Positions 27,001-41,067 are shown, counted from the first letter of the stretch. The stretch is DNA of 64,000 nucleotides from Glaucostegus cemiculus (GCA_976551045.1 CDPCPM010000026.1:10540001-10604000), one strand, 5' to 3'. Translations and numbers: made by a program. Notes: generated by a model not told the origin, from the letters alone.

Positions 27001-28529
27001 TGTACATCTGAGTTCCAAATCATAAATGTTTTCCTAGTACATGATATATACAGGAAACATATTCTGCACATTGTTAATGTGTTACACAAATATAAATGAA
27101 CTGAGTAGCAGAAATTGCTTTGCTTTGGTTTTTTTGAAAAAAAATTCTGAAAAACAGAGGAGCAGCAGCCTTGAGAGTAAATCTTAGTCAATTTGCTAAA
27201 AGACTTGCAGGTCTGTTAGACATCTGGGGTTCTCAAATTGCTAGCTTACTAGCTTGGATGGTGCTGAGAATGTGCACACATCCTGGCTGGGAGGAGTACA
27301 CAGTCAAACTTCAAAATACCCCAAGTGCAGATAAGAGTGCCCATGCTTTCAAAACAATTAAGTGAGTTCTCCTTAAGCATATAAAATGAAAATGATTCGA
27401 TGAAAATTTCTTCTGCTAGATATATAACTGCAGAGTTATATATCATAATGTGAAGGGATATGTGGGTGGTGATGGAAACCTTGTTTGATTTCAATCCACT
27501 CAGATTAGGAGGTGATTCTGGAGTTAAACTCTCACAGTCCAACCCCACAAAGTGAAGACTGCTTTGAAGCAATATTAAAATGGCATCATAACTCATTATG
27601 CCATTTGGTATTAATTATCCTACCTCAACAGTTTACCTTACCTATAATTTGTTTTAGTTATGGACCAAAAAAAAGTCGAGATTTATCTAATAGTAGTTTG
27701 TGCAGAATTGGAGAGTGTTAAATTTTATTTGTACTTACTTCTCTATATTCATAACATGAGATTTAATAGAATTTTAAAATGTAGTAATTTAGCTCTCACA
27801 AGAAGCAACAAAGAAACAGGAAATTAAATATTATTTTGTTTGAAAGAATTATGGATAGACTCACTGGGCCATTTTCAAATAACTTATGAAGAGAAGGAAA
27901 GACATTTCATTAAATCAAATTTTATTTTTCAGCAGTAATATATATGAAGCAAAAATGCATAGAGGACACAAAAACCGATTAGTGATCACTGAAGAAACAT
28001 CGTAAAGGGCTTACAAATTTAAACCAAGTGTTTGGTGCCTCCAAAGGTTTTCAAATTATCCATATAATTTCTCACAGGAATCCAGATATCACAATTCGGA
28101 AAAATATATTTTGGTTATTTCAATTCTGTACCTCTCTGGACTCAATTATGATATTTTCAGAGATACAGAGTCCTTTTTTGTTTAAATAAAGCACTTAAGG
28201 AGGATATGTCTGACTATAATTTTGAAATCCTAAAGCTCAAAATTTATGGATCCATTAAAGTGCTTTAATATAAGTTAGAAAATGTATCATTTTAGATTCA
28301 ACTTGTATCAACCTGCCTTTAAGATAAAAACCCAAAAACAAGGTGGAAATCTGCAGTTTCAAACTTCCTTGATGATATATCTTCTTCAAGCAGCCACAAG
28401 TTAAGCTTTTCAGATGAGGCATGTTGATGGCTGTATTTGTGACCTTTTCTGAATGTCCAAATCTCAACTGAGATGGTTATTTGGTTATGTCATTTGGGCT
28501 TCGCGCCTCCAAGTTACAATAGTGAGACT

Positions 28530-28680
28530 TGGTGTGAGTTTCTGCGCTTGATTGTATCCAGCCTCTCTGCTGGAAATGACTGTGTGGATGTTGGATAAGA
28601 ACAAGCTTTGGCTCAGCAGCATTTCCCCCCATGACTGAATAACCTGGCGATGCTCATCGTCTAGGCAGACCCATTGGAAA
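28530..28680 (+). mobile_element. Probable ancient SINE-like fragment (a weaker related copy may lie at about 24800-25030)
   Basis: TGATTGTATCCAG..CTGCTGGAAA..TGTGTGGATGTTGG..GAATAACCTG..GTCTAGGC resembles a dispersed elasmobranch repeat recalled from memory; not verified. Confidence 0.3.
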
Positions 28681-29669
28681 AATCTACAGTGCACAAGAAA
28701 TGCATTCTATTGAGACAAAAAAAGAATGGAGATTGAAACAGAAGAACAAATAGCTAGGAATTTATAATCTTACACACATACAAGGGTAAACTCTCTAGGA
28801 AAATATATGTAATATTTGTTGCATTTTAAATGTGTAATATTATACATAGTGGATGCAACCTGGCTGGCTTTGTTAATGTACATTTAGGGGAATGGAAATT
28901 GTGCAACCATCAGACAATTCGTCAAAGTCTGGAAAATCCAGGAGGAGAAAATTCTCCAGCTCAATCCATGAAATGCATTAGCTATACTTCTTATGCCTGC
29001 ATTGAGTTCACTGAAAAATGCACAGAAAAATAATCCACTGTTGGAATCTGAATATTTGTGGATCAAGTGAGAAATACCATCTTCTTGAAGAGTTATTTTT
29101 AGTGAATATTTCCAATCCGAGAAATATTAAGAAAATAGCTGGCTGCAGAGTATATATTGTTGCAAAATGAAACGGACCTACATTTATGTAGTTTAGGGAG
29201 GTGGTTTGCAAACTGTTAATTTTGTAAGCTAGATAGCAAAACTTTAAAATTTTTAATTTTCACTTTTTAATTGTTTTTTTTAGTTTTGAAATGTTTTTGA
29301 ACTTTATGTCAGAAACTATCAAAAACATACATGGTGTTTTGTCAGCTTAAACACTAGCGAGTAAAGGTGCGCCTTAACCAGCTGTCAGGCTTTTCTGATT
29401 TTCTTTGGATGGGTTTTGGGGGTTGGCTTTGTCCACGTGCCAGTATTTACACTTGGAAGACCTCACCACCCTGCAGAACCTCACTGTTGAGGACGGAGCC
29501 AGGTTTATGAGGTGTTGTCCTCAAGAGAGCTGCATGAGGGAAGAATGAACTTTTTGCATAGGTCAATATGGAGTGTAAATTTACTTTTCTTGAGCCATAT
29601 TGTGGCTCTAATTGTCCATTCCAGACCAACAGTTTTGCAAAGATAATTCAACATCTGTAAGTAAGGAAT

Positions 29670-30415
29670 GTAAAATAAAAGTAGGAAATGCTGGAAACAA
29701 TCAGCAGCTCAGGCAGCATTTGTTCAGAGAGAGAGAGAGTGTCCTGGACATGTTGAATTTATTGTTGAGTCCTGAGGGCTGAAACATGTAGTCAGAAGGT
29801 GCAATGCATTGGGTTTTGTTTGTTTAAGAGGCTAAAGGTGGAGAGGTCAGAGTGGGAGCAGGATGGAGAATTAAAATGACAGGCAAATGGAAGTTCAGGG
29901 TTACCCTTGCAGACTGAACAGAGGTGTTCTGAAAAGCAGCAACCCAGTCTGTGCTTGGTGCAGAGGAGACCATATCATGTGCACCGAATGCACAGCACTA
30001 AATTATAAGAGATGCAAGTGAACTGCTGTTTCACCTGGAATGAGTGTTTGGGTACCTGGGTAGTGGGAGAGGGAAAAGGTGAAAGGGCAGTAAAACTGGC
30101 TTTGAGGAAAGGAATAAGTGTCAGTGAAGGTGGATTATTGAACCAGAACAGCATAAAGGGAGTGGTTCCTATCGAATGTTAAAGGTAGAGGGGTGATCTA
30201 GTAGTGGGATCATTTTGAAGCTGGTAGAAATTGAGAGCTTGGCAGATTAGAGCCCTGTGGACTTAACATTGAATTCAACAATTTCAGAAAGCCAAACTTT
30301 CATATCAGCACAGGCTAGTTCATCTGAAGTACCAATACCACTCATGCTGCTTGACCTGCTGAGTGTTAAGAGTATTCTCTGTATTTATTTCAGATTTCTA
30401 GCAATTGCAGTTTAA
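29670..30415 (-). mobile_element. Penelope-like element relic (GIY-YIG endonuclease region) with termini in opposite orientations
   Basis: Minus strand ~30058-29825 reads QVPKHSFQVKQQFTCISYNLVLCIRCT*YGLLCTKHRLGCCFSEHLCSVCKGNPELPFACHFNSPSCSHSDL (PLE GIY-YIG, IGE apparently deleted). Antisense terminus at 29670-29730; sense PCGLNIEFNNF plus terminus at 30250-30415. Confidence 0.85.
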
Positions 30416-30569
30416 CTTCTCCACTGCACATATTACTGTTTCAGCATTGGTTTCTTTTCTCTATCTTCCTCTGTTTTCATTTGTTGAATTCTATTTACAC
30501 CTTCTCCAGGCTGATCCGCTGTGATTAACAAATCGTCACCATACTCTCTCAATGCACACCACTACCGAT

Positions 30570-30813
30570 TGTGTCATTCAGTCTCTCTTGGTCTCCACTG
30601 AATCACAGACATTCCCTTTGTTCTCAACATCCCTTCTGCTTCGTTGCAACTTACAACATGTTTGATTTCTGAGTTTTCTCAGTTTTGATGAAAGGTGGTG
30701 ACCTGAAATGTAACTGTTTTCTTTCCCTGCATATGCTACATGACCTGCTGAGTATTTTGAACATTTCCTGTTTCTGTTTCTGATTTCCAACATCTGCAGC
30801 TTTCCTGCTTTTG
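30570..30813 (+). mobile_element. PLE 3' UTR/terminal repeat (family B) with degenerate hammerhead motif at 30681-30715
   Basis: AGTT-TTGATGA-A-AGGT-GGTG-ACCT-GAAA-TGT-AACT followed by the conserved terminus TGACCTGCTGAGTATTT...TTCCAACATCTGCAG. Collinear with 48760-49030. Confidence 0.8.
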
Positions 30814-31289
30814 CATAAGAAATTTGTCTGTGCACATTAGGATGAATTTCTTTGGATTTCTTGGCAGGGGTTCCAATATTCAGAAATCATAGATTTAACA
30901 TGCCAGCGCGGTAAACCTAACTAACCTGCCCTTAGATAATCAATTAGAACATCTGATGCAGACAATGATCTTTGAAAAAAGTTAAACTTAGTCAAGGACC
31001 ACCTGATTTGCATTAAAGCATTATTTCATCGAAGATGTTGGATTAGTGCCCTTTATCAGTTTCCACAATCTAAAACTCAAAGATGCAAATATGTTAATAA
31101 TAGTGATATGAGGCAAGAAGAACGCCATCATACTGAGATATTCTGTAGGCCACAACTAATGAGGGAAACCGAGGAATAAACCTACATTGAAAATACTAGA
31201 TATGCAAACCTGTATGTCGATTGGTAATACTGGGGAACTTCAGTTACCATAGTAATTATTGAGATAATAGTAGAGCAAAGGGCTAAGAA

Positions 31290-31440
31290 GATCAGGCAGC
31301 ACCTGCAGAGAAAGAAGCAGCTAATATTTCAGTTCACTGATCTGAAGTGTTCTGATCATTGGCTTGAAATATTAACTCTATTTTTTCTTCCACAAAAGCT
31401 GCCTGACCTGCTGAATATTTCAAGTATTTTCCTTTTTATG
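31290..31440. mobile_element. Fold-back element from PLE termini (family B, old)
   Basis: TCAGGCAGC...CTAATATTTCAG on the left and TTGAAATATTAA...GCTGCCTGACCTGCTGAATATTT on the right are inverted complements. Confidence 0.7.
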
Positions 31441-31467
31441 TAATTAAAATAAGCACCTGGAGAAGTT

Positions 31468-31545
31468 TGGATTTTTTAAAGGCAAATGGTTTTTGAATAA
31501 TTTGACTGAATTTTTTTGATGAGATAACAGAGAAGTTGACGAAGT
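31468..31545 (+). mobile_element. CR1 RT fragment
   Basis: GF-KGKWFLNNLTEFF-DEITEKLT resembles GF-KGKSCLTNLIEFFDEVT of CR1 RT. Confidence 0.6.
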
Positions 31546-32584
31546 GAAAATATGATAAAATTCATAGTGTTGAAACTGTGAATCTAACATGTCCTACTGA
31601 TATGACTCATAGTCATATTTTCATGGTAATTAAATAAAATTATACAACCAATCCAAAGCATCATGTTTTACTTGAATCATAAACACATATTCAGAGAAAT
31701 GTCTTTTTACACATATAATCAACTTGATTTGTTACATAAGAAGTTAACTTTACAGCAGAAAATGTTCCCCATGGAAAGGAGGTTGGGCAAGTAATCCACA
31801 AGGATGCCAAACTGTCAAAAATGTCTCTATTTCTCTGATATTGGTATTTTTCCCTCTATGCAAATAACATTTCTTGTACTAGAGAATGTACAGTACTGTA
31901 GAACAACTTTTCCAAATTTGTTCTTTTATTATATAGTGGTAAATGCACAGCTTACAGTTTTATTGAAAATTTATTTTGGAAAATTGAAAGCTTATTCTGG
32001 TGTTTATGATAAATTTAGAAATCTCAATCCACATGGAATGCACCTGAAGTATTCCGTCTCTACTCGTTTTGTAGGCACTGGTTACCATTGTTGCTCCGAC
32101 TTGTTCTCGGCACTCATTCAGCACCCTTGGGGCCAGTGCCCAAGCCTGCAGAATATATTGCCAATGTTGGAATCCAGCAGAAGTGCTAAAGGCTGCTGGT
32201 TATGGGACTCTACAGCAAACAGAGAACTGATTTCCCAACCTAGAAGAAGAAATGAAGCACTTGGTAACAAAACATTTGGCTTACCTTTTCAGACCTTTGA
32301 ACTTACTGCTGGAGTCACTTGAATCACACTGTCTTCAACCTTACGGCAGCTGGAGTGGCTGGTGTTGGCAGCTACAGGGCTGTCGCCGGCCTCTTAATGC
32401 AGGGCTCTACATGAGCACTGATTGTCATTGATAGTCATAGAAACTGGCAGCCATTTACCAGAATCAACTACTGAGGAATTCACATAGATAGAATCTTAAA
32501 ACAGTCATTACCTAAACTGACTATAATGGCATTTGTTCGGGAAATGCCTTGCACAGCTCCAGTGGTAGAATGTTAATGAAAAAT

Positions 32585-32800
32585 AATCATGCAGCACAGA
32601 AGGAGGGCATTCGGTCCACTGTCCCTATGCCAGTCTTTGAAGGGCTCTCTGATTACTCCCACTCCACTGCTCTTTTTCCATAGCTCTTTAACTGTCTTGT
32701 TTTCAATTAAACCCAATAGCCCCTGGAAAGTTACTGTTGAATCTGCTTCCTTCCACACTATACATTGCAGATCACAAGTTACTACTTTTCAGAAAAAAAA
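32585..32800 (-). mobile_element. CR1 3' end
   Basis: AATCATGCAGCACAGAAGGAGGGCATTCGGTCCA tail; ORF track gives WKEADSTVTFQG (cf. VVEADT..TFK). Confidence 0.8.
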
Positions 32801-32954
32801 TTCCCCTCTGATAATTTAGTTGTTAATGAACGCAACTGCATTCGTGAGAAAAAGAGCACTGGTAGTCAGTGACAGCTTTTCTACCATTTCTCTGATGTTA
32901 GGATAACAATCCAAGCAATCTGTGGACTGTTGTAAAATGAGTACTAAGGATGTG

Positions 32955-33470
32955 TACAACCTGATGGTGTGAACATTGAATTCTCCAATTTCAGGTAAAC
33001 TACTCCTTCTCTATCCCTTTTCTCTCTCCTCCTGATCTACCCAGTTCCTCCTACGCCCAGCCCAGCCCCCCAATACCCTTTTTTCTTTGCTTCCCCCCAC
33101 CCATTCCACCTGCCCATCACCTACACTGGGTCCCCTCCCCCCCCCCCCCCCCCCCCCCCCGTTCCCATCTCTTACGGACCAAATTCCATCATCTTCAGCC
33201 CTTTGTTGCCTCCACCTTTCGCCTCCTTAGCCTCTATCACTATTTCCTCTCTTTTCCTCCTCCATCTGCCTAACACCATTCCTCACTTGCATCCACCTGT
33301 GTCTTGCCAGCTCTTGCTCCACCCCTTCCCTTTGCATCTTTATACTGTTTACCTCCCCTCGATCTTTCAGTCCAGATTCAGGGTCTCCACCCAGAACATT
33401 GACTGTCCATTTCTCTCCACAGATGCTGCCTGGCCCGCTGAGTTCCTCCAGCATCTTGTTTGTGCTACAG
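32955..33470 (+). mobile_element. PLE 3' end (family A): ORF terminus, pyrimidine-rich UTR with C24 run, degenerate hammerhead (33368-33405) and terminal repeat
   Basis: CAACCTGATGGTGTGAACATTGAATTCTCCAATTTCAGGTAA reads QPDGVNIEFSNFR*. Motif CAGTC-CAGATTC-A-GGGT-CTCC-ACCC-AGAA-CATT-GACTG precedes the terminus shared with the fold-back elements. Poly-C at 33137-33160. Confidence 0.88.
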
Positions 33471-33591
33471 AGGTGGCAACCTGCTCCTCCATTCCTTTAC
33501 ATCTGAAAGCTGAATATTTGCCAAGGATGTGAAATTTAATGGCCATAAAATCTTTGCAAACTAAGTCAAAATACACTGTTGGCAAACAAGT

Positions 33592-33895
33592 GTGTGGCAC
33601 GGTGATGCAGCTAGTAGAGCTGCTGTCTCTGAGCTCCAGAAACCCAGGTTCAATCCCGACCTCGGGTGCTCTCTGTGTGGAGTTTGCATGTTCTCCCTGT
33701 AACAGCATGGGTTTCCGTCAGGTGCTCCAATTTTCTCTCTCATTGTAAAGATGTAGGTTAATTAACCACTGTAAATTACCTGTTGTGCTCAAATAATAGA
33801 GAGGAGCTGGTGGATGTTGATGGGAGACTTAATGGGATTGCTCTGAGAGCCAGCCAAAGACTCAATGAGCCAAAAGGGCCTCCTTTGTTGTGTGG
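33592..33895 (+). mobile_element. tRNA-derived V-SINE (HE1-like)
   Basis: A-box-like GGTGATGCAGCTAGTAG, B box GGTTCAATCCC, V-domain CTGTGTGGAGTTTGCATGTTCTCCCTGT..GCATGGGTTTCC..GGTGCTCC, and CR1-like 3' tail. Confidence 0.92.
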
Positions 33896-34883
33896 AAAAT
33901 GGCAAGTTGGATTTATTGCAAGTGGTCAGGAATAAATTACAAGTGACCAACTTAAAATTTCTGTTCTTTGAAATAAAATAACATTTTATTTAAGGACCCC
34001 AACTTGCCTTTATTTATAAACCATTGTTATTTGAAACTTCTCAATGAGGGAGGTTGCAAAATCTGAGAGCTGCAGCATCTGTAAAAGCATTTAAACATTT
34101 TATTCTTCTTGAAGCTTCTTGGTATTTACCAGGACCCGTAGAGCATGCAGCCACAAATGCTGGATATTGACAAAAAAGAGGTAGTAGTTGGAGGAAAAAA
34201 GCTGCGACCCTAGTGCAGCAGTTAAATGTTCATTAATGTCCTTGCTTCTTTGTGTTTTTCACTGATTGTAGATCTGGTATTGGTGTTCTGTGGAAAGGGA
34301 ATTTGCTGCCTATTTTTGTTGTTTAACTGAATCATCTTGATGCCCTTGTAAACTCTCCATGAAGCTTGTGTGCATTGCACTCTGGATTTATTGATTACCA
34401 ATTTATCTTTATACACTGTGATATTAATCAATATAATTTAAATTGTTGAACTTGCATCACAGAGCAATGCTACATGGATTAGTTCAAAGATATATTGCAT
34501 TAAATGTTACATTGGGTCAAATCATGATGGTTTTGTCTTGCACTTACCTGGGACAGCTGAGTAGGTCCAAAGGACATGACCCTCTGCATCCGGAAGGCAT
34601 CAGCAAGGTGTAGCCAGTCTAGGATGGTGTACTTCTGAGGCCTTGCCCCTCAATCATCCTGCCAGGAGGCAAGGCAGGAGGTGGAGTTTTGTTTCCAGTC
34701 GACCTGTCACAGATTTTAATGTCTGACTATAAAGGTTACTTTAAATCATTAAACAAAAACAAATAAAGTAAAATAAAGAAAATAAAGTTACTGAACCTAT
34801 ATACTTCTCCCACATTCTGCAGGGCTGAGAATCACCATTCAAATCGATGAGTTGTTAGCCCTTCACCAAGAAGGCTTAAGATT

Positions 34884-35077
34884 GCACAACAAACAAAATG
34901 TTGGAGGAACTCAGTGGGTCAAGCAGCATCCGTGAAGGGAAATGGACAGTCAAAGTTTCAGGTCTCAGTCCAAATCATTGACTGCCCATTGCTGTCTACA
35001 GATGCTGCCTGACCCACTGAATTTCTGTAGCATTTTATTCGTTGCTCCAGACTCCAGTATCTGCAGTCTCTTGAATC
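34884..35077. mobile_element. Fold-back element from PLE termini (family A)
   Basis: Left arm CAAAATGTTGGAGGAACTCAGTGGGTCAAGCAGCATC..AATGGACAGTCAA pairs with TTGACTGCCCATT..GATGCTGCCTGACCCACTGAATTTCTGTAGCATTTT; extra 3' tail ACTCCAGTATCTGCAGTCTCTTG. Confidence 0.85.
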
Positions 35078-37184
35078 AGTTAGGATTGCACAGGCAGATT
35101 CTCCAGTGTAATCAGTTTTTGCCACTGGACTTCGGATAGAGTCCAGCGATGGAGCAGAGTGACAGCTGTGCTGGCGTCTGTCACTCAGTTTGTCTTGGAC
35201 CTTCAGTGGGTTTGAATATGCCCAGGACTTACCTGGGAGTGACTGAAAGCTGGCAGTTCCCTTCAGTACTGCCAGCCAGGGCTAGCTCTTTTCAACCCAC
35301 TGGGTTTTCTTTCCCTCCTTTAGTTATGTAATTTTTCTTTTAATCTGTATTGTTGCTTTGTCCTAAACAAGTTTCATGTAGAAATGAAGTTCAATTTCAC
35401 CATTCAAAAAAAACATTTTCCTAAACTGCAGATTTGATCTGTGTGAATTATCTTACCTCCCTCCACAAAAACATTAATTTGGGAGCACTAACTTTGTTTA
35501 AGAGCTGTTCTTTTTGATAGTGCACAATTTCCCTTTTCACCTTCAATGCACTCTAGTGAGCTGAAATGACCTTGCACCTCATTGTTCTGCACACCGCGCC
35601 ATTCATCAAACAGTAATGGTTTGGTCACATTACAAAGACTCAATGTGTTCATAGGTTAACTTGAAGGTTTGAAGAGTGATGGGGAACAAACCTTTCCAGA
35701 AAGAATTCAGATCAAAGATTATCTGATATGCTGGAGTGTTTATAAGAAGATGCACATATGTCATTGAAGTGGTACAAATTAATTGGTTGTCCTGAAACTT
35801 TGGCTTATGCTTTGAAAGTTCCTATTTAAGATTCTGCCCCTAATTTTAAAATTTTGAAGTATTTATTGCAAAATGTAAATTATTTTTTTGCAATATACTG
35901 TTTTCTAAAAAACCTTTTCATAAAGCAGACTGTTACATGTAAGGAAAACTTGTATTGTTTCATTTAATACTATTTTCATTGTTAGCTTAACTCCCTCAGC
36001 TCTGAAATAAGAAAGATGAAAGTGATGTCAAATACACTTCTGCTAAAGTGCAAAATGGATGGCACAAAATTGGCAGTGCATTTTATAAAACCTCAATTTC
36101 TTTTTCCACTGAAAGTGGTGTAAAACAGGCTGTCATTTCGCCAGAACACATTACACTCTTTTGCTAGATGCCAATATTACCACCTCAAGTTCAACAACAT
36201 AAAATTAGGTTTAAGGTTCAGTAACTGTCTCACAATATTTTATAATAGAAAAATCATAATAAGAATTGATTCAAAGCTATATGTCACATGTTATACCATG
36301 GTTCAGCTCATGAAACCTTAGGATTAAAATACTGCATGTATTTTATTTGGATTGTCTAGGTTATATGCAATAATGATCAACAGGAACAATACAGTATGAC
36401 TTCCACAAGTCACTATAACCTATTATGTCACACAGTCCATGTTTCACAATTAAATAATACCGTTTCCCCAACGGTGCCTTCTTACCGGCTGCCACATTAA
36501 GACATCCTTGCTCCTTCCCCTATATTTATGTAATTAACAGCATTGAAGTGCCATTGAATCTTTAATAAATAATTATTTAATATAATTTCCCTATCTCTAT
36601 ATGCATATTATAGTGTAGGAGTATTTGAAAATACCTAAAAATTATTTGTAAATCAGTTCAATAGAGAGAAATGTACATAGAAAAATGATTGCACTGGGCC
36701 TCTTTAAAACTGGTTTAGCAGCATATTTTTCAAATAATATATTAATTTGCTACATGTATGTATTTGATTATTACAATGTACTTCATTTTTTGTATTATTG
36801 GAAGTTTATTCTGTTAGCATCAGTGTCATTGAGAATATTTTCAGTGTGTGTGAGTTAACAGATTTGTCTCAGTAAAAGTCTGAATAGTAGATTATACCAT
36901 GTGTCTTAATTATTCTTAGTAAACGGGTTGTTAATATCTCAGAACAATAAAAGCTACACTGAGGGATGTTTTATTACCTCAGTGCTATATTTGAGTTTCT
37001 TAAAAATATTAAGGTTTTTTACCCCAACTGTCTCAGTGTCTCAGCTGTGAGAACAGGGCTGAAATACTGCCGCCAGTCAAGGTTGACATGCCAAATGGCC
37101 CACTATAAAATCACCAGGGAGACTTATCAGAGCAGCTTAATTGTAACTTTCTTTTTCTGACTTCTATTTCTGCAGGTGGAGGGA

Positions 37185-38340
37185 GAATCATATAAAGTGA
37201 TATGGGGCAGAAACCGGCCATTCACCCCATCTCTCCTATATCCACACCTTCAAATACCTGTTAAATTAGTATTAGTCCATTGCTGTGACACTGTAACCAC
37301 CTTAACTGCTTTTTGTTTCTTCAAGTACTTCCCCAATTCCCTTTGAAAAAGTACCATTGAAGCTTCCAAAAACACTTTCAGACCAAGTAGTTCAGAAGAC
37401 AATAAATTACTGAAATTATTTTTCTCCTGAAGTCATTTTTAGTCCCACAATCGCCATTGCCTCAGTGACTATAAACAGTTTCTCTTTATTTCCTGTATCA
37501 GAGCTGTTTATAATTTTGATACCATTACATTTCTTAATTTTCTCTGTTTTAAGGTGAACAATCTGATGCTTTCTAGTTACAGCACAGAGCAGACGATCCT
37601 CATTCCCAGATACCATTTTAGTAAATTTCTGCATTTCTGCAAACTTCCTAAAATATAGATTTCAGGGTTTGCCATAAAACTCTGGTAAAGACCAAAACAT
37701 GCTGTAAAATTTGATATACCTTTGTTATCTTTATTCTCAATGCCTACTTTAATAAAACCAAGGATCCCATGCAGATTTTGGCATCATTTTCAACTTGCTC
37801 TTTCATCGTCAAAGATTTGGTTCATAGGTTTATCTGTTTTTTCCATTGCGCCATTTACGTTATACTGTCTTTCCTCATTCTTCCTAACAAAAGGTATAAT
37901 TTCACTGGGTTCAATTTCATGGTGATGTGACTGCCCGTTTCACCAGTCCATCTAAGCATTTCTAATACTGATCTTTAAAAACACACCACTGTATTCTTCA
38001 ATCTGAAAAATAGCCATTTACCAGTAATCTATGCCTTTTTTTTAAGCCTCGGATAACTTCTTATCTCTCTGGCATTGTTCCCACATCCCCGCCCTCCCCC
38101 CGGACTCTAAGTTTACTCATAAATCTGTGTGGTACATCGTAAAACTCATTTTAATAGTCAAAAACACACAATATCAACTGCACTTCCTAGTATTACTTAT
38201 CACGGAATATAATCAAGATAAATGTCAATTGACTTCAATAAATCTACACTAGATCTCATTCATTGCCGCATACTTTTCCAAGTGCCAGTTAATTTTGCCC
38301 TGTAACATTGTCTTTAAACTTTTCCTCAGCAGATGGCTAG
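37185..38340 (-). mobile_element. Heavily decayed CR1 relic
   Basis: Tail GGCAGAAACCGGCCATTCACCCCATC; ORF track 37416-37634 starts QKFTKMVSG (cf. QRRFTRMIPG). Confidence 0.65.
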
Positions 38341-39111
38341 CTGGCCAGTAGTTGCAGAGTTCTTATTTCTTTTATTATTGGTATAACATTTGCAATGACT
38401 GCAATTTCTAAAAATGATTGAAAATTCCTTATTCAGAAATGTAAAGTTAATTGCTGAGAAGGGGGCAGGAGTAGGGCTTCTGCCACTGTGATCATCAGTT
38501 CCCCCATCTCTTGCCCCATACATTCCTTGTAGCACAGCTATGAACAAGTGGAAAATTCTAGCTAATATTTTCTTCTTGTGCAAACCTGCTTGAGGGAATT
38601 ATACATTCCTGTGCTGAATTTTGTAGTTAAGTTACATGGTCTAAAGTGATAATTAAATAATTACCTGTTTAATGCAAGAGAAGTGATGACAGTCTGTTTC
38701 TGAAGTGTCAGTTGTAGTTTGAGTTGCACTTCATTTCTAAGAACGTAATTTTATTGAACAGTTGCATTGCTTTTTTAAATATTGACTTCATGTTCATGAA
38801 AATTAGCAAGAAAATTAAGTTTCGTGACCAGAATTACTGTTTAAAATAATCATAATTACACTGCAATTTTGCACCTCCCATTTAATACAAAGAATTTTCA
38901 ATATGACTTTTGGAAAATACTCACTTTTCAAAATTACTGGAAAAAATGTGCAATATTTAGATAAAAGGGAATGTTACTAGTTTCATATCAATAGAAAATG
39001 CTACATTTCTACAAAAACCCATAAAAGATTGTCAGTAGCTTCGTCATGTTATTTTGTGAATTCATGAGCAATGTATTGTTACTCTTGCTCCATAACTGCT
39101 GCATTGTTGTA

Positions 39112-39290
39112 ACCCGGCCAATATTCCTCCTTCAAATAAAACATGCAGTTATTCATTTATTTGCTGTTTGTTAGATATTGCAATGTGCAAATTGTTTATT
39201 TTATATTCCTTTCTACAACTCTAAAAGATAATACAATGGTTATAAAATGTTTTTGGACACCTTGAGAACAATATGAATCTTTTTCAACAA
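39112..39290 (+). mobile_element. DeuSINE 3' half
   Basis: CCGGCCAATATTCCTCCTTCAA...TTGCTGTTTGT...TTGCAATGTGCAAATTG matches the Deu-domain 3' region and tail. Confidence 0.6.
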
Positions 39291-41067
39291 ATGTTACAAC
39301 AGTGCAATTGTGTAAAGAATGATTTAATACAATTGTCCTTTTGAAACAATAAATCCTCTGATTTGCCAAATACAGTGCCATTTTAAAATGGCTACTAAAC
39401 ATTGCACAACTGAAATTAGAGGAACTAAAATTTATTTCAAAATTTCTGAAAGATCAGTATGGGGTTTTGATACTCAAAATTCTAATGTCATGATCTTAAA
39501 TATGGACCTACTTGCTCGGAGTTAAAAATCAGTGTATTTTGAGACATAAAATATAGCGCCCATTAGATGCTTACTAAGACATAACAATGTGCAAAAGGAA
39601 TATATTTATAAAGTTGACATTAAGAGTTATAGGTTCCGTTTATGTCAGTGATTCTAGCCATTTTCAGATTAACATCACTGTAGGTCCAAAGCTGAAATAG
39701 ATGCATGAATGTATTTGCATTAAAATTTGAAAGTCATGAAACTTCTTGGAGAAATAAAGCTCTTTTTTTTTTGCCCTGCACTTCATTCTTGAGAGAGGAG
39801 GTCTGGCCATGAAAGAGTTATTGACATTATCTTAACTAATAAAGAAACAAATACATTAGACTTTTCTAATGATACTCTGATAATGCAGTACCTACTGAGA
39901 TTTTGTGCGTAGGAACCTTGACCATTTAAATGTACATGGATCTGATAGTCTTTTGAATAAAAACAGTATACATAGAATTAATGGCGGTGGGGGAGGATGC
40001 TTTTATTAGTAAATAGTAATTATACAGATCGCTCTACTTATGCATATCTTATTAGTAAATTTGGGGAAAGGTGTAAAAGAAATCTGTGTAGCATCTCCAT
40101 TAGTGTGTTGTGAAGTGAGTTCAGTTATGAGACTATTAAACTGCTATTTTGATAATTAAGCCCACAGCTGTTGTGAGGGCGTTGGGGGCAGTAGCTGATG
40201 AAGTAACAGACTGTGCCATGAATTGACTAAATAGAGAAACAAGGGAAATTTAAGAGGTTTTCAAGATGAAGTTGTTATGAACATAAAGTCTGCTCATTCC
40301 CCAAGAACTTACCATAGATTCCATATATGACCTGCATAGTGTGAAGGCAGAGTGCTGGAACTCAGTGCTATGAAATTTGAGGCAATGGGTTTTTGTACAT
40401 ACCCATATAGCTTGGGGTTTCATTTGAAAACAGCTGGAGGCTAAGGACCGACAGTTGCTTTATAAACAAAGCCCCCTGTTAATTCTTTTTTTTTCCTTCC
40501 CCCTTTGGAATCTAGTGGTTAGTCTTCCAGTATGTGACCATTAATTACTTTTACCTCAGGCATTACTAGTTCAAAAATTCTAGTGCACTTCAACAGTATA
40601 CTTTAGAATGGAATAAAATAAAACAACTTGGCCTCAACCAATATTAGCCTGGAATACAGAAATATTCAATGCATAATGAATCCTGAATTAGTGTAGAGAT
40701 AGCTTTTGGATTTCATTAAAGTGGCATAGAGGAAAATAAAAAAAACATAATTTTAGTTTTGTCATATCCACTTACCATGCAAGTACTTTACCTCCTACTG
40801 TGGAGTCTTGCTAACTAGCTCAGTCGTTTGGATGTTGCAAAGTGGAAAATATGGGATCTGAATAGAGTCTGCTAATTCATGCTCATTGAATTATTTTGCA
40901 CAAAATAATACTCAGTTATTAGTAACAGTCTAATGAAAATGAAAACAGTATGTGTTCTAAATGAGCAATTTTGATAAGTTTCTAGTAAATTAATCTCTGC
41001 ATAATTTTTAACAGAAAATGAGTAGTTATTTTAAGATTGTAAACTACGAAATAGGTGGAAAGTAAGC

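Noticed and set aside
33592-33665. tRNA-like sequence (also 62566-62600)
   Set aside because: These are SINE heads followed by V or Deu domains; no intact cloverleaf.
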